Shown here piece after piece: positions 26,331 to 39,224 of a DNA stretch of 64,000 bases. This stretch comes from Eledone cirrhosa (Eukaryota). A program made the position numbers and the translations under genes. Where the stretch lies: NCBI GenBank assembly GCA_964016885.1, contig OZ024743.1, positions 272,490,001-272,554,000 of the forward strand, in the 5' to 3' direction. Positions within the stretch are counted from its first letter, which is position 1, and the number at the start of each line of letters is the position of its first letter. The notes beneath the pieces were generated by a model, which had not been told where the DNA came from, made no database searches, and was given only the letters and a program-made list of their open reading frames with translations.

Positions 26331-26497
26331 ATATTTTCGCATAGATATCACCTCTAAAATACGTATTTTCGCATAGATATTACATCTAAAATACGTATTT
26401 TTGCATAGATATCACCTATAAAATACGTATTTTCGCATAGATATCACATCTAAAATACGTGTTTTTGCATGGATATCACCTGTAAAATGCGTGTTTG
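26331..26497. repeat. 32-bp minisatellite, about 5 copies
   Basis: Unit GTATTTTCGCATAGATATCACCTCTAAAATAC with variants. Confidence 0.9.
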
Positions 26498-27099
26498 AAA
26501 TTCCAGGTTTCTAAATCCCATTTTTCAAAATTCCTAGAATTGTAGTAATATCAGCAACTATCGACTTATGCAGCTTAGGGAATTAGATAAGCGCACCGAT
26601 TATGATTGATTTGTCTGAAATTATCCGAAGCAAAACTGGTTGCCTAGGATACCAGAACAGATTAATGTGTTAAGATATAATGGAAGTATGAAGTGGTAAT
26701 TTCCATTAGTTTTCTCTTGTTTCGTGTGTTCAGTGATAAACTGCTCACTTATTTAAGTTGTATGAAGAAAAAATACACAACTATAACTAAGTTGAATCTA
26801 CAGCCTCTTCTGACATCGACTGAAGTATCGAAGTTTCGTACCCGAGCATTGATACTATATAGTTTCAATTGCTGTGTCACTTAACCAAGGTTCTATCTAT
26901 CTAGCTGAAGATACACTGTATCAGTCACAGTTATACATATGTAAGCAGTATAGTTATATAAGCACACACTATCAAGAATATTAGAATGTATGTAGAATTG
27001 TGAAGCATTTCTAATGTTTTAGCTTTGATTTTTATGTATTTTTTGCTTTGATTTTGATGTATTTTTCTCTTTTAAAATCTAATTCCCGACGAAATTACC

Positions 27100-27455
27100 C
27101 TCTTCCAATTTGAAAGAGGTAGATCCCTCCTCTGGGACGCCACATGTTGCGACACATTCTCCGCCTCCAACTTAGTCACTTCAGCCACAATACCCGGGAC
27201 TGCGGTCCACACAGCAGAGGAAAGGAAGACCAACAAATACCGGGGATTTTCCGGCCGCTTCCTTTTCGTACCAGTCGCCGTCAAGATCCCAGGTGTACTG
27301 TGACTCCGTACTGCCGAGCTCCTCCGCAAGATTGGAACGTCAGCAGCCTGTCTGTGGAAGGAGCCCCGCGAGGTGGAGTGGATGTTTCAGCAGGTGTCGT
27401 TGTTCATTGTCTGCGGAAATGCTTTTGCGGTCTTGTCCGTGGAGCGTAGCCCCAA
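27100..27455 (+). mobile_element. Second CRE-like endonuclease fragment, decayed
   Basis: Translates FERGRSLLWDATCCDTFS..AEERKTNKY..FVPVAV..G..EPREVEWMFQQVSL..GNAFAVL, colinear with 850-1180; contains an in-frame stop. Confidence 0.8.
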
Positions 27456-30125
27456 CAACACCGCGTCCTAGGCCTAGAACCCATCACCCTCTTTCTTCCC
27501 TCTCCCATTCCTCTCTGACCCCAGAGCCTTTTCGCTTCCCTTCATTTCCCGTTTTCAAATATCTGTAGTGTCGTTGTTATTTGAAATAGATTTGTTTATG
27601 ATTTTCTTGATTTTATAACTGTAAATGTCTTAGAAGAAAAATTGATTGTGACATCTATCTGTATGGCTGTCTGTCTGAATTTCAAGATATATTTATTGTC
27701 TGATTAAATAAAAACACATGTTTTGTATAAAAAAAGAATATCAATAGATATAAATAAATTCGAATACTTTTGATTTTCAAATGAATTATTTTCAATCTTA
27801 AAGATAAAGTAGACTACCCTGAAAGTAGTCAACAGCTAGGTGTTTGTCTTAAACAGGGTGGCATTTTCAGTTTACCACCCAAATAGGATACCATAATATT
27901 CGAACTAAGAATACGAATAGATGGAACAAATGCCACAAGGCATCCTATATCCGAAAGTCTAAGAACTCCACCAGTCCATCACCACTGTCTGGTAATTTAT
28001 TGACACTGAAAAGAGGAAAGGCAAAGTTGACCTCAGTGTAATTTGAACTCAGAACACAATGAGCCGAATATATATTTTGCCGAAGCCCTAATACTTTTGA
28101 AAATGCTCTGTTTATTTGTGACATGTCATGTTTACCCATTACTTTGTTTTCAGAAATTCACTTAACTTTGTTCTATCATTAGATCAGCCATACAATACAT
28201 CACGTCTTACTTGTTATTTATTCTTTTCAATTTCATTACGTATACTCTTCATAGATCCGCATTAGTAACCATCTTGTTTAAGTTTGACTCTTAAAATTAT
28301 ATTTTGTATTTGACAAAAGAGGTGGGATTTGAATTCAGAATGCAAGTTGCTGAATCAGATGCCGCAAATTATTCCACCCAACTCTTCAACAATTCCACCA
28401 ATCCACCGCTTCTGGGTTGATATTTTATTAATCGATCCTCAAGCAATTAGAGATAATGGGGCTCTCAGCGGGATTTTAACTTAGACTGGGGAAAATACCG
28501 AGGCATTTAATCCGATGCCACAATGACTCAGCTAATTCGCCATATTATCGGATGGTAATATGCATTGTAATATTCCTGCCCCCCACATTAACTGAATTTA
28601 CAGCTAATAGGGATTATCTACAGGGCCGCTCTCTCTAATATGGTAGCATAGAAATTTCCTACAAATGACATCTTACAGAAAGACATTTGATAATGTAATC
28701 AATTATCAATAAGATAATACAGGAGACCGTCACAAATAGTGTCTTTTGATCATAACTCTGCCTGAATACAACTTATCTCCTACAGCAATAGCGGTATTAG
28801 AAACAGTAAATGTTTCAAATGTATTCTAAAGCTTTGGCGGTAGCGTACTATATCAAATTATGATTTTACTCACGTACATCACTTAATTCACTTTCTAGAA
28901 GATGCTTTCCGCTGGTATAAACACCAATGTTTAATCTTAAGGTTTCTTGTACAAACAGTAATTAAGCGGCAGTTCTCCAATAAAAAACAAACTACTTCGT
29001 TATTCTACAGAGCGACAAGGTATATTCGTTGTATTTATATGTGTATACAGACCCATGCACGCGCATGTATGTACGTTCATTACAATAGCAACGTTGTTAT
29101 GGAACAGCAAACTAATTAGCTCTCACCATTGAAATTCTTGCAGCGAGGAAACTTTTTGATAATTAGTTCACGAACGTTTAATATATCTAAATAATGAGCA
29201 CACGTACAAAAGTATATGCACAGCATGAATTTTAATTTCACATACATACATACATACATACATACATACATACATACATACATACATACATACATACATA
29301 CATACATACATACATACATACATACATGCATGCATGGCAACCAGCCCAATCTGAGGAGTATGTGGTGTGTTAATGTATTTGTATGACAGCATATATGTGA
29401 ACTAGTGGATGGAGTGTGTGTGTGTGTGTGGGAAATTCCAATAATTCAATTGTGCTTTGCCTTCATGGGTGCGCTTGTGCGATCTCAGACCAGTGTGAGA
29501 TATGCATACTTTTGTGCATAATGAACATTTAAAAAAGAAAGAGAATCACTCCCAAAGCCTTTGCTATTAATCACATTTTTTAAATGAACTTTTCCTATCG
29601 TTTCAGTATGCTCAATTCTGTCTTTAACATCGTTTCAAATCGTAGCTCACCGTGCTTCCCTATCTGTCGCAGGTGGCTCAAGACTTTTCTAACATTTCAA
29701 ATTTGATTTAAAAGAGTGTATCTTTATTTTGGTTTATGGTTTATCATTTTTTTCTCTTTCTGCATGAACTAACCATAACATATCTGCTTTCGAATGCGCT
29801 CACCATCCATACAGATGAAGTAGCCTGTACATGAAAGTTGATTTCTAATAAGCAAAGCTTGGATTGATGGGATCTTAGCTTCAGTGAGAACCTCAGTGTC
29901 AGGAAAGAGAGGATCATCTTATTCTGAATATGCGACAGAGGCATTTCTGGTGAAATCTTTCCAACATTTTTACATGATTTTTTTTCATGACGCGGGCCAT
30001 ATACCATGAACAGTGTCAAATTTGATATGTCACAGTGAGTAGATTTTAGATTCTAGGCTATCGAAGACCAGAGCTTATAAAAATTGGGTAAAGACTATTA
30101 AATACGGAAAAAAGGATACCAGCCA

Positions 30126-30198
30126 CCGCTACGAAGAACCGAACTCCCTATCACCAAGATACCGTCTTGGCACTCTAATCGATGAGCTAAGGGACCCC
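30126..30198 (-). pseudogene. tRNA-like relic (tRNA pseudogene or SINE head)
   Basis: Minus strand: GGGGTCCCTTAGCTCATCGATTAGAGTG (A box/D arm), CCAAG acggtat CTTGG anticodon arm, GAGTTCGGTTC B-box-like; acceptor stem does not pair. Confidence 0.6.
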
Positions 30199-33053
30199 TA
30201 TCAGGTATTTATGTTGTAATCTATTATAACATTTTAGTTTTATCTATTATATATTTATAGATGTTTGTATGTCTCACTCGTAATGCATCTTCCCCTGCTC
30301 ATCACCACACTTTCATCTGTCCTCCGTCTTTATTGTGCATGTGGCAATCGTCCTCTTATTCTTGTATGTAGCTATTACCAACCTCTACACTACCACCATA
30401 GTCTTGTTTTACTACTCTAACCCTTATAGACATTAATTTCAATACAATCTCTTCCATTTACAGCCTCCACTGCCTTTTATTTTGTATCTTTTCCTCTCAA
30501 TTTCTATTACTGCCTCAACCTCCTACTTTTCAGTTCATATATTACTATATTCCGCAATCCTCCCCCGCTCATAAATATATATATGCATAGATATATACAC
30601 ACACACATACATACATTCATGCATACATACATACATACATACATACATACATACATACATGCATACATACATACTTACATACATACACTCACACACATAA
30701 TCACTTTGTTGAGCCGGGGCTATAGTAAAATACATTTTCCCAAGGAGCTGCTTTTTAGGGTTGAAATCGGAACCACGTGGATGCTGAGAGATGTTAATTA
30801 ATATGAGGCTATGTCTGTACAAAAATTGGTTGGGGAATATGTTAGGAGATCTAGGAAAAGCGAATTACCCATTCCAACATAAAAGTTTGTAAGGCGGCTT
30901 CGATTAATTTCTGATGATTTAGTTAGAAGCGAATAAGAAATATATTCTTTCAGAATTGATCGAATATGTTGATTCCTTTTACAATAGCTCACTAAATAAA
31001 CAAAAGTCCATTTCACAGGAATTCTTCGTTTATTACACAAGCGGAAGAGGTTTTTAGAGCAAAGAATTTTTAAGGTGGTGATGGAGATGGTTGAAAATAC
31101 TTTACAGCTTGCCATTTCTTCTTCCTTTGTTTTTGAGTTTAACAAAGTAGGATCCTTAGGTTATCGGAATGTTATAAATTGTAGACCAGTGTATGATGCG
31201 TTTTTTAAAGAATATTTCAGTAAGACAAAAAAGAAAAGAAAATGTGAGTGTGTGTATGTGTGTGTGGTGATGGTAGTGATGGAAGAGAATTGGTTCAATT
31301 GCCTAAATGCAAAGGAATAAGTAATATCATACAAACATATAAAAATGTTTTAGTTGGGTGGAAACGGTATATGACAATACCACATCTATCTTCACCGGTT
31401 TCTGTGGCGGGCGGGGTTTCTCAACAAATGTTGCACACAGCCTCCTTCTCAGTCCGAATCATTAAAATATATAGCAAAATGCACGAATTTAATCATTCTA
31501 GCGTGTATGATAAAGTATAATCAGCGTGTAATTTGAATTTTATTAGTCCAGGGTGGATAGAAGGATACAAAAATATACCGATTCCAGTCCAACCGACAGT
31601 ACCATCTCTCTTGTAAATATTAATTCTATCTCAAGTCGAAAGAGATTGATAGTTCAACGATATTGGAAAAGCAACTCTAATCCATCTCTACTCGTAAATA
31701 GCATTATTCCCCCAAGACATATTTCTAAACAAATTTTAAAGAACAATGACATCACTTCTTTTATTAAGTATTCTGCGCCAAAGGATAAAAAGGGGGGTAA
31801 TTTCCTTGTTGTGGTAATTGTTATTAAAATTTATTTTCTTTTTCCAACGGAACACGTTTGTGTTTTATAATTTTGTATGTTTTTAAACAAGCTTCTCTGC
31901 TTCCTTTTAAAAATCGTAATGTCATCCATATTACAATTTTCATTTAATCCATTCCATTTTTCGATATTTGGAAATAGCATATTTTACTCGTATAAATAAA
32001 TAATATTTTAATTCACAAATTTGAAGATTCAGTTATTGAGTTATGTCAGCACTAAAATATTTAGCGCTATAAACCGTGATCTAGAGACAAGTGGGTGTCT
32101 TGATATGGTTATGGACTGCTAGCCAGTGTTTATAGCCAATACACTTCATACACAAAGTCCCAGAACACAGGATTAAAATAACCGGATGATTGTTTCATGT
32201 TTCCTACAGCATATGTTTGTTACAGTATATATTTTAAATTGTTTGTTCGTAATGGGCAAACAGATGGAAGAATTACCTAGTATGAAATTTGAATTAAAAC
32301 ACGAATGCAGGGATATTATTGCATTAGATAAAAAAGGAAAAATCTACGAAGTTGTTATGTTCATGCGTATAAATTTCTATTCATAACTTGAATGTGGTGA
32401 AAATATTCCTGCAAAGAGCTGATTTTAGTGTGTTGACTCTATTCACTGTTTGATTACCCTTTACTTGCCGCTGTAGTCACAATGACCTGGAAATATCGAT
32501 TTCTTGCACAAGCATTAAAGCTAAATTAAAGACACCATTTGAAAATAATAATATAACTACTGCCGAATAAAACACTCGAACTGTAGGAATTCATGTCAAA
32601 CGTTATAAAATCATATAACCATTAGAAGGTACCAGAAACTCTTATATCACGTAAATAAAATGTCACAAGTCCCAAGATTTTAGTAATAAATGAAGCAATG
32701 AAATAAAAGGCAACATTTGAGGTTTTTAGTCTTAATATAAATCAGACATTCTTTTAAAGCAAACCAGCAATGGAATCTCTATGTGCTCATTTGGCATGCG
32801 ATAAATAAGAGCTAAATTTCGATTATGCCATATAAAAACAGTCTTAAAACTGAGACGTGAAACTACATTAGATAATAATTCATTCGATACATGTTGCCTG
32901 AAATTTAAAAGAATTATAGGATGGCCATGGTTGGAATGCATTTGATGATAAGTCTGCTTAATCGGGGCCAATCTAGAGTTAAATAACAAAACTCCAATAT
33001 AATGCGATTATTGGATGTCCATTTTTCTCAACAATGTTATTGATAATAATAAT

Positions 33054-33269
33054 GCTTTCTGATATAGGCACAAGGCCAGTAATTTGGGGGAGGGGGAAGT
33101 CGATTAAATCGACCCCAGTATGTCACTGGTACTTTATTTTATCGACCCCGGGAGGATGAAAGGCAAAGATAACCTCGGCGGGATTTGAACTCAGACCGTA
33201 TAGAACCGTAACTCTATGCTGCAAAGCATGGTGTCCGACTCTCTACCGATACTGCCAATCCACCGCCCT
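33054..33269 (-). mobile_element. Main SINE family, longer variant, with TTATTGATAATAATAAT target-site duplication
   Basis: Full SINE plus extra GTCGATTAAATCGAC hairpin segment; duplicated flanks at about 33037-33053 and 33270-33286. Confidence 0.92.
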
Positions 33270-34159
33270 TTATTGATAATAATAATAATACTAAATATTT
33301 ATTACAAGAAATTGAAAGTGGATTAGAAATTCGAAACGATTAGGGAATCTATAACACTCAATGCCCTCGGATTTACATTTATGGCTGAATTAGATTACAT
33401 CAAGTTATGAAGGTTAGCGAAATTGCTGGAAACGAGATTTCAAATTAGTCTGAGATCTTGTTTGGGAAGAAATATAAAGCTAATCGACATCATTCGCTAT
33501 AGAAATGATAGTAAAGGCTCACTATTAGTTAAGGGAAGAGGGAAATTTATTCTAAGAGTGTCAGGTAAATGTCTAGCGCTATTCGTTCCGATTAAGTAAC
33601 TCCCCGTGTTAAATTCCGCCGAGTCTACTTTAATTTCATCCTTTCGGGTTCAACAAATTACCAGTTCAATACAGTGGAATGATATAATTCTTCGAGGATA
33701 GCTTTAATTATCACGTCTTCGAAGTCCCGCTGGTTCATGGATGGGGTGACTAGAGGATAACTAGATGTCTGCTCATGTGTACATAGACACTCAAAACCCA
33801 AAGGAAAAGAATTATTGGGATCTTAATGTCTTTTACAACAATATCATTGGTTTCTAATTCAGGTACTAGGCTAGCAATTTAGGGTTAGGGAAAATTATTT
33901 AAATTGATGCGACTAACCTAATTCAGTGATACTTTATTTTATCGACACCGTAAGGATGAAAATAAATTTTAACCTTGGTGGCTTTTGAAATGGGAACTCA
34001 CAGGGCATGAACAAATACCGCAAAATATATTGTTCGACGCTCTAATGGTTCTGCCAATCCACAGCCCCAGCTATTAATGAAGAAAGTGAAGTAGGAAAAA
34101 TATGATATGGTACCCGACTTTCGTGAAAACTGTATCTTAACTCTTAGCGCTTATAATAT

Positions 34160-34385
34160 TAGTTAAGCAAAATATTGATTACCTTTGGTAAGAATTCCTG
34201 CTAAACATATATTTGTAAATGGACGTAGTAATCCAGCAGTGATTCCTAGTTGAAGGTACTACGTGAAATTAAATGGCTAAGAGTAGTACCTTCAACTAGG
34301 AATCACTTCTGGATTACTACGTCCATTTACAAATATATGTTTAGCAGGAATTCTTACCAAAGGTAATCAATATTTTGCTTAACTA
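34160..34385. repeat. Inverted duplication, 103-bp arms, 20-nt spacer, followed by (TA)n
   Basis: 34160-34262 is the reverse complement of 34283-34385 with one mismatch. Confidence 0.95.
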
Positions 34386-34404
34386 TATATATATATATAG
34401 ATAT

Positions 34405-35190
34405 ATAAAACAACCCGGTCGAGAGCTTACTTCGATTTGTGCAGTTTTTTGCAATTTTTTGCAATTCCTTTACACATATTGAATGCACCCGGGGTTACCT
34501 CCCTTGCAGAGTTACCATTGAGCGCTTGCCGGCTTATCTCGAAGATTGCGTTCCGTTTTGTTTTGGCCACCGCCGAAATACGATCTCGCTGAAATTATAT
34601 TTGTATTAATCTCCTGGGCCTAGCAATTAATTAGTTAATTCAATTAGACAATTCTATTGACTGATTAATTGCTTAAGTTTATTTAAAAACAACCCGGTCG
34701 AGAGCTTAGTTCGATTTGTGCAGTTTTTTGTAATTTCTGAATGCACCCAACAAAAACCGGGCTTACCTCCCTTGCAGAGTAATCACGTGAGGAAAGTAAC
34801 TTTACTAATGCTTCATTTGAACCCGGTAGACAGTTGAAAACAAAAACCAGTTGATAAAGTGACTACCTTGTTCGATCTTTATACCAAAAGCTTACAACGA
34901 AAGCAGACAGTATACTTGATTTAGTAGTCACAGAAACCTACCATTGGTTTTTACCACCACTTTCCGGGAAGGTCCAGGTAATTATTTGATAACCTGTTTA
35001 GCTTGTTCGTTTTTTCGGCTGCCTGGCTTGTCACTTCACAACCACTACTTTCAATTTGTCTGGTCTTTATAACGCATGTTAATTGCTCTGGCTTCTTCCT
35101 AGTCCATTGAGTGCTTGCCGGCAGATCTCGAAGATTGCGTTTCATTTTGTTTTGGCCACCACCGAAATACGATCTTCCTGAAATTATATT
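34405..35190. repeat. Patchwork of direct duplications
   Basis: AAAACAACCCGGTCGAGAGCTTA..GTGCAGTTTTTTG at 34407 and 34687; TTACCTCCCTTGCAGAGT at 34495 and 34763; CCATTGAG..GAAATTATATT at 34515 and 35104. Confidence 0.85.
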
Positions 35191-35204
35191 ATAGTTCACC
35201 ATAC

Positions 35205-35242
35205 CGAGAACAATAGTTTCACCTTAGCTGATCCTCAGCTCG
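35205..35242 (-). ncRNA. Minimal hammerhead ribozyme (PLE tail, left arm; stem II mismatch)
   Basis: Minus strand: CGAG-CTGAGGA-tcagctaaggt-GAAA-CtattG-TT-CTCG. Confidence 0.65.
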
Positions 35243-36598
35243 TAATGGAATGGTTATACGGAACAGGAAGGACAACCGTACGAACGCGCATGCGCAGAAA
35301 TCGGTCACTTCACACTGGCAATACTAAAATGCGTGCGAGAGGTGTAAGGAAGATATCTGCGAAAGTCCGAAAGTTTCTAGTTGATAAGAAAATTATGATG
35401 TTGTAATTCAAACCGGAGCTTTGTAGTTATGCAAGAGGTGTTTCGAGACGTGTGAACAACGTGTGAAGAATTCATTTCTCGTGTTTAGGCAATCACTATT
35501 GCATAATCTCTTTAGAATATTTATTCGTTCCTCAATACATAGTCCACACGACGGATTTCCCCTTGCGTATGGTTTGAACTTAGTGATGGCTTTCCATTGA
35601 ATGGAGTAGTCTATACTTGAGTCCTTGGGGGACCATACGTCGCTCGCGAGTTTCGTGGATGAACGTCTGTCCGGGTACCTAATGTTCGACTGGTGGTTCA
35701 GGAAACGTTCCTTAAATCGGCCCTCCGCCATACCCACATAGGATTTGACCTGTGGTTGATTTGCTCGGTTGGAAGTGACCACAGCTTCATAAATTACAGC
35801 GGGTGTGTTGCATTGCTGTTGAAGGGGACAAGCTTCGGGCTTACGGCAAGAGCACCTTGGTGGGGTGTTGCTTCTAAGGCTGCTGGTGATGTGGGCCTTC
35901 ATGTTCTTAGCACAGAAGTATCCTAGTTTTACTTTGTGTCGGTTAAAGATGGAACGGTATTTATGACCTATGGGAAAGTGTCTATCTAAGAGAGCTACAA
36001 ATATTTTGCCTACATTGGTTTTAACGTTGAGTGAGAAGGAAGAAGAGAACCAGATAGTTTGTCTATTGTTACGCTTTATTTTCTTATTGCTGTTGTTGAT
36101 AGTGGGTATGGCGGAGTGCCGATTTAAGGAACGTTTTCTGAACCACCAGTAGACTTTTAGGTACCCGGACAGACGTTCATCCACGAAACTCGCGAGTCAT
36201 GTATGATCCCTCAAGGACTCAAGTATAGACTACTCCATTCAATGGAAAGCCATCACTAAGTCAAATCCATACGCTAGAGGAAATCCGTCGTGTGGACTAT
36301 GTATTGATGAACGAATAAATATTTTAAAGAGATTATGCAATATTCATTGCCTACACGAGAAATGAATTCTTCACACGTTGTCCACACGTCTCGAAACACC
36401 TCTTCCATAACTACAAAGCTCCGGATTGAATTAAAACAACATCATAATTTTCTTAACAACTAGAAACTTTTCGGACTTTCGCAGTTATCTCCCTTATACT
36501 TCTCACACGCATTTAATATTGCCTGTGTGAAGAGACCGGTTTCTGCGCATGCGCGTTCGTACGGTTGTCCTTCCTGTTCCGTATAACCATGTCCATTA

Positions 36599-36636
36599 CG
36601 AGCTGAGGATCCGCTAAGGTGAAACTATTGTTCTCG
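36599..36636 (+). ncRNA. Minimal hammerhead ribozyme (PLE tail, right arm)
   Basis: CGAG-CTGAGGA-tCCgctaaGGt-GAAA-CtattG-TT-CTCG; stem I can extend via ACCAT/ATGGT. Confidence 0.75.
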
Positions 36637-36665
36637 GTATGGTGAACTAACTGTTGTGTAACCAC

Positions 36666-36727
<62 letters not shown>

Positions 36728-36730
<3 letters not shown>

Positions 36731-37585
36731 GGAAAAAATAAAATTTCATTTCTCACTCTTAGTACGGCTCATACTTACATATAAGCATGTATACGTAATA
36801 CATATATGTATACAGACGTACAGTAGTATGTATATACATACATACATGCACACATATATATATATATATATATATGTACGTATGGGTTTACCGAACATTT
36901 ATTATAATGCTCGGTTTGTTTGTAAACAAACAGCCCGAATTATTAGCCGTACAGTGTCCGGCAACCATCGTTGCCATTTTGTTCAACACTGACAAAGGAA
37001 CGATGAACTAGTTTCTAGCCTATTAGCTGTCATCAGCACCGTATACCTTCCTGTCAGTCAATTGAACGTTTGAAAGTATATACTTTCCTTATGCATATTA
37101 ACGGCTGAGCAGCCTAACTTGCATATCGAGTGAGTTAGACGGCCGGGCGTACCGAAAACGATAAATGTAAAAAATGAAATTTCATTTCTCACTCTTAGTA
37201 CGGCTGATACTTAAATATAAGTATGTATACGTACATGCATATATGTATACAGACGTCAGTAGAATGTATATATATATACATACATGCACACACACATATA
37301 TATACGTATGGGTTTACCGAACATTTATTATAATGCTCGGTTTGTTTGTAAACAGACAGCCCGAATTCGTCTGTATACATATATGTATGTACGTATACAT
37401 ACTTATAATTAAGTATCAGCCGTACTAATAGTGAGAAATGAAATTTTATATTTTCCCTTTATCGTTTTCGGTATATGCACATATATGTACCCATACGTAC
37501 ATATATATATATATATGTGTGTGCATGTATGTATGTATATACATACTAATGTACGTCTGTATACATATATGTATGTACGTATACT
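36728..37585. mobile_element. ORF-less hammerhead-plus-tail element with tandem and inverted tail copies
   Basis: Minus unit 37150->36728 containing a hammerhead; second minus tail 37149-37366; plus tail 37368-37473; partial 37490-37585; homologous tails at 24197, 25254-25628 and 41349. Confidence 0.8.
37000..37042 (-). ncRNA. Minimal type-I hammerhead ribozyme with palindromic stem III
   Basis: Minus strand: ACGGTG-CTGATGA-cAGCtaatagGCTa-GAAA-CtaG-TT-CATCGT; AACTAGTT is self-complementary. Confidence 0.8.
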
Positions 37586-37770
37586 ATAAGCCCCTAGAAC
37601 GGAAAAATGGTGTTGTACTGCTTTACAATGTCTATGGCCAACACACCTATGGCCAATAACTCAAACGGCCAAGACTATTCAGGTATAAACAGATATTATA
37701 AGGCAGTTGAATGATATTTAAAAACTTACTAGTGTAACTCTATAACATTTCTTCCATTCTAGGGGCTTAT
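37586..37770. mobile_element. MITE-like element with about 24-bp terminal inverted repeats
   Basis: ATAAGCCCCTAGAACGGAAAAATG ... CATTTCTTCCATTCTAGGGGCTTAT. Confidence 0.65.
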
Positions 37771-37909
37771 TCGCTTTGTAATTATTAGATTAATTTCTGT
37801 AGTAAATATATACGGCCAAGTTATTATTTCAATTCAATTTTCAAATTCCATCACCGCTTTCTAATCACGCGATGATTACACACACAAGCACACACGCGCA
37901 CACACACGC

Positions 37910-37956
<47 letters not shown>

Positions 37957-39224
37957 CATATGTATATATATATATGTATATATATATACTTACGCATACA
38001 CACACACACAAACACGCATATATATATATATATATATATATAACTTGTCAAAGCTTTCTCTCAAAGGTATGTGGAAAATATTTATATCTGAATGGAATTG
38101 TTGACTTTCTTTACAAATTAAAAAAAAATCAATAATGTTGTTTCTATTTATTGTTAATAAAAGAAAATATATAATAGACAGAGTAACATCTCGGAATATG
38201 TTCTGAAATATATATTTTACCTCATGATAGATATTGTACACCACGATGGGTTGGTATATTAGTAGACTATTTTAACTATTCTTAGGATGCAATATATCTT
38301 TCTTGGATATTCACTCATGTGTCGCATATATTTGTTTCAATATTTTTTATACACAAGTCAGAACAATATCACAATTTTCTCAGCGTGGTTTGACTGATAA
38401 CAAGCGAAGCTATTAAATAATAGGAAAGAGATAATCGACATATATTGATGTCTCTTTTAAGATATAGAATTCAAGTATCGAACTACTGTTATTTTCAATT
38501 CATTCAACTGATTGAAAAATAAAATACTATATAGTGTTACCTGTTCTCTGTCTTTATTGACTTCACTAACGCCATTCATCTATTATTTCTCACAGAGTCG
38601 ATAAATGCATTTACTTTGAGGGGTTGTGAAATAGAATGATGAGATGGTTGTAGTAACCATTGTGAAAAATGATTCAGCCACTTAAGTTTTGGCTATTCAA
38701 ATACCATGTTATTTACCTTTGATTTACCACTATAGAGCAGTGTTTGAAGACATTCCAAGAAATGCAATGTGGATATCGGAGAAAGCAACAAAATGTTAAC
38801 TGATTTATTTGAATATATCTGTTGAACTCTGGCAATGAAGTATGTAGACATTAAACCGGTGGATTACTTTGTTCAATCAGTGTTCAAGTATTCGTCAACG
38901 CGCCATTACTGATCGCATACTATCTCATCGTTTAGGTCAAGAAATAGATGATCCCTACTTCAAAGATTTTAGGCGGGGAGGCATAAAGCGAGTTGATTAC
39001 AATATCAATAAACTTCACAGGAGTTCAGTAATTTGTTCTAAATATATCATTACAGAAACGATTGGATTAATAAACTCGTAATATAATGCGTAATAATAAA
39101 CTCGTAATATAATATATATAATATAATAATAAACTCGTAATATAATACGAAATAGCTATTTCATTCAACCCAATCAGTGAATGAACTTAAATGTTATATA
39201 CACAGAAACTCATTTATTAATAGA

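Larger units (their letters stand above)
35192..36668. mobile_element. Penelope-like element (Naiad-like GIY-YIG) in inverted arrangement: minus ORF fragment 35408-36101 plus inverted 3' copy 36102-36649
   Basis: IWFS..FS.NVKTNVGK.F..LLD.HFP..H...IFNR..VK, CSCRKPEACPLQQQC, VIYEAVV..SYVGMAE..FKERF.NH, CGLC.EE..LN.R.E; about 545-bp inverted arms; clade name from memory. Confidence 0.9.

Noticed and set aside
36102-36184. N-terminal part of the 258-aa ORF
   Set aside because: Antisense read-through of the inverted arm, not genuine element coding sequence
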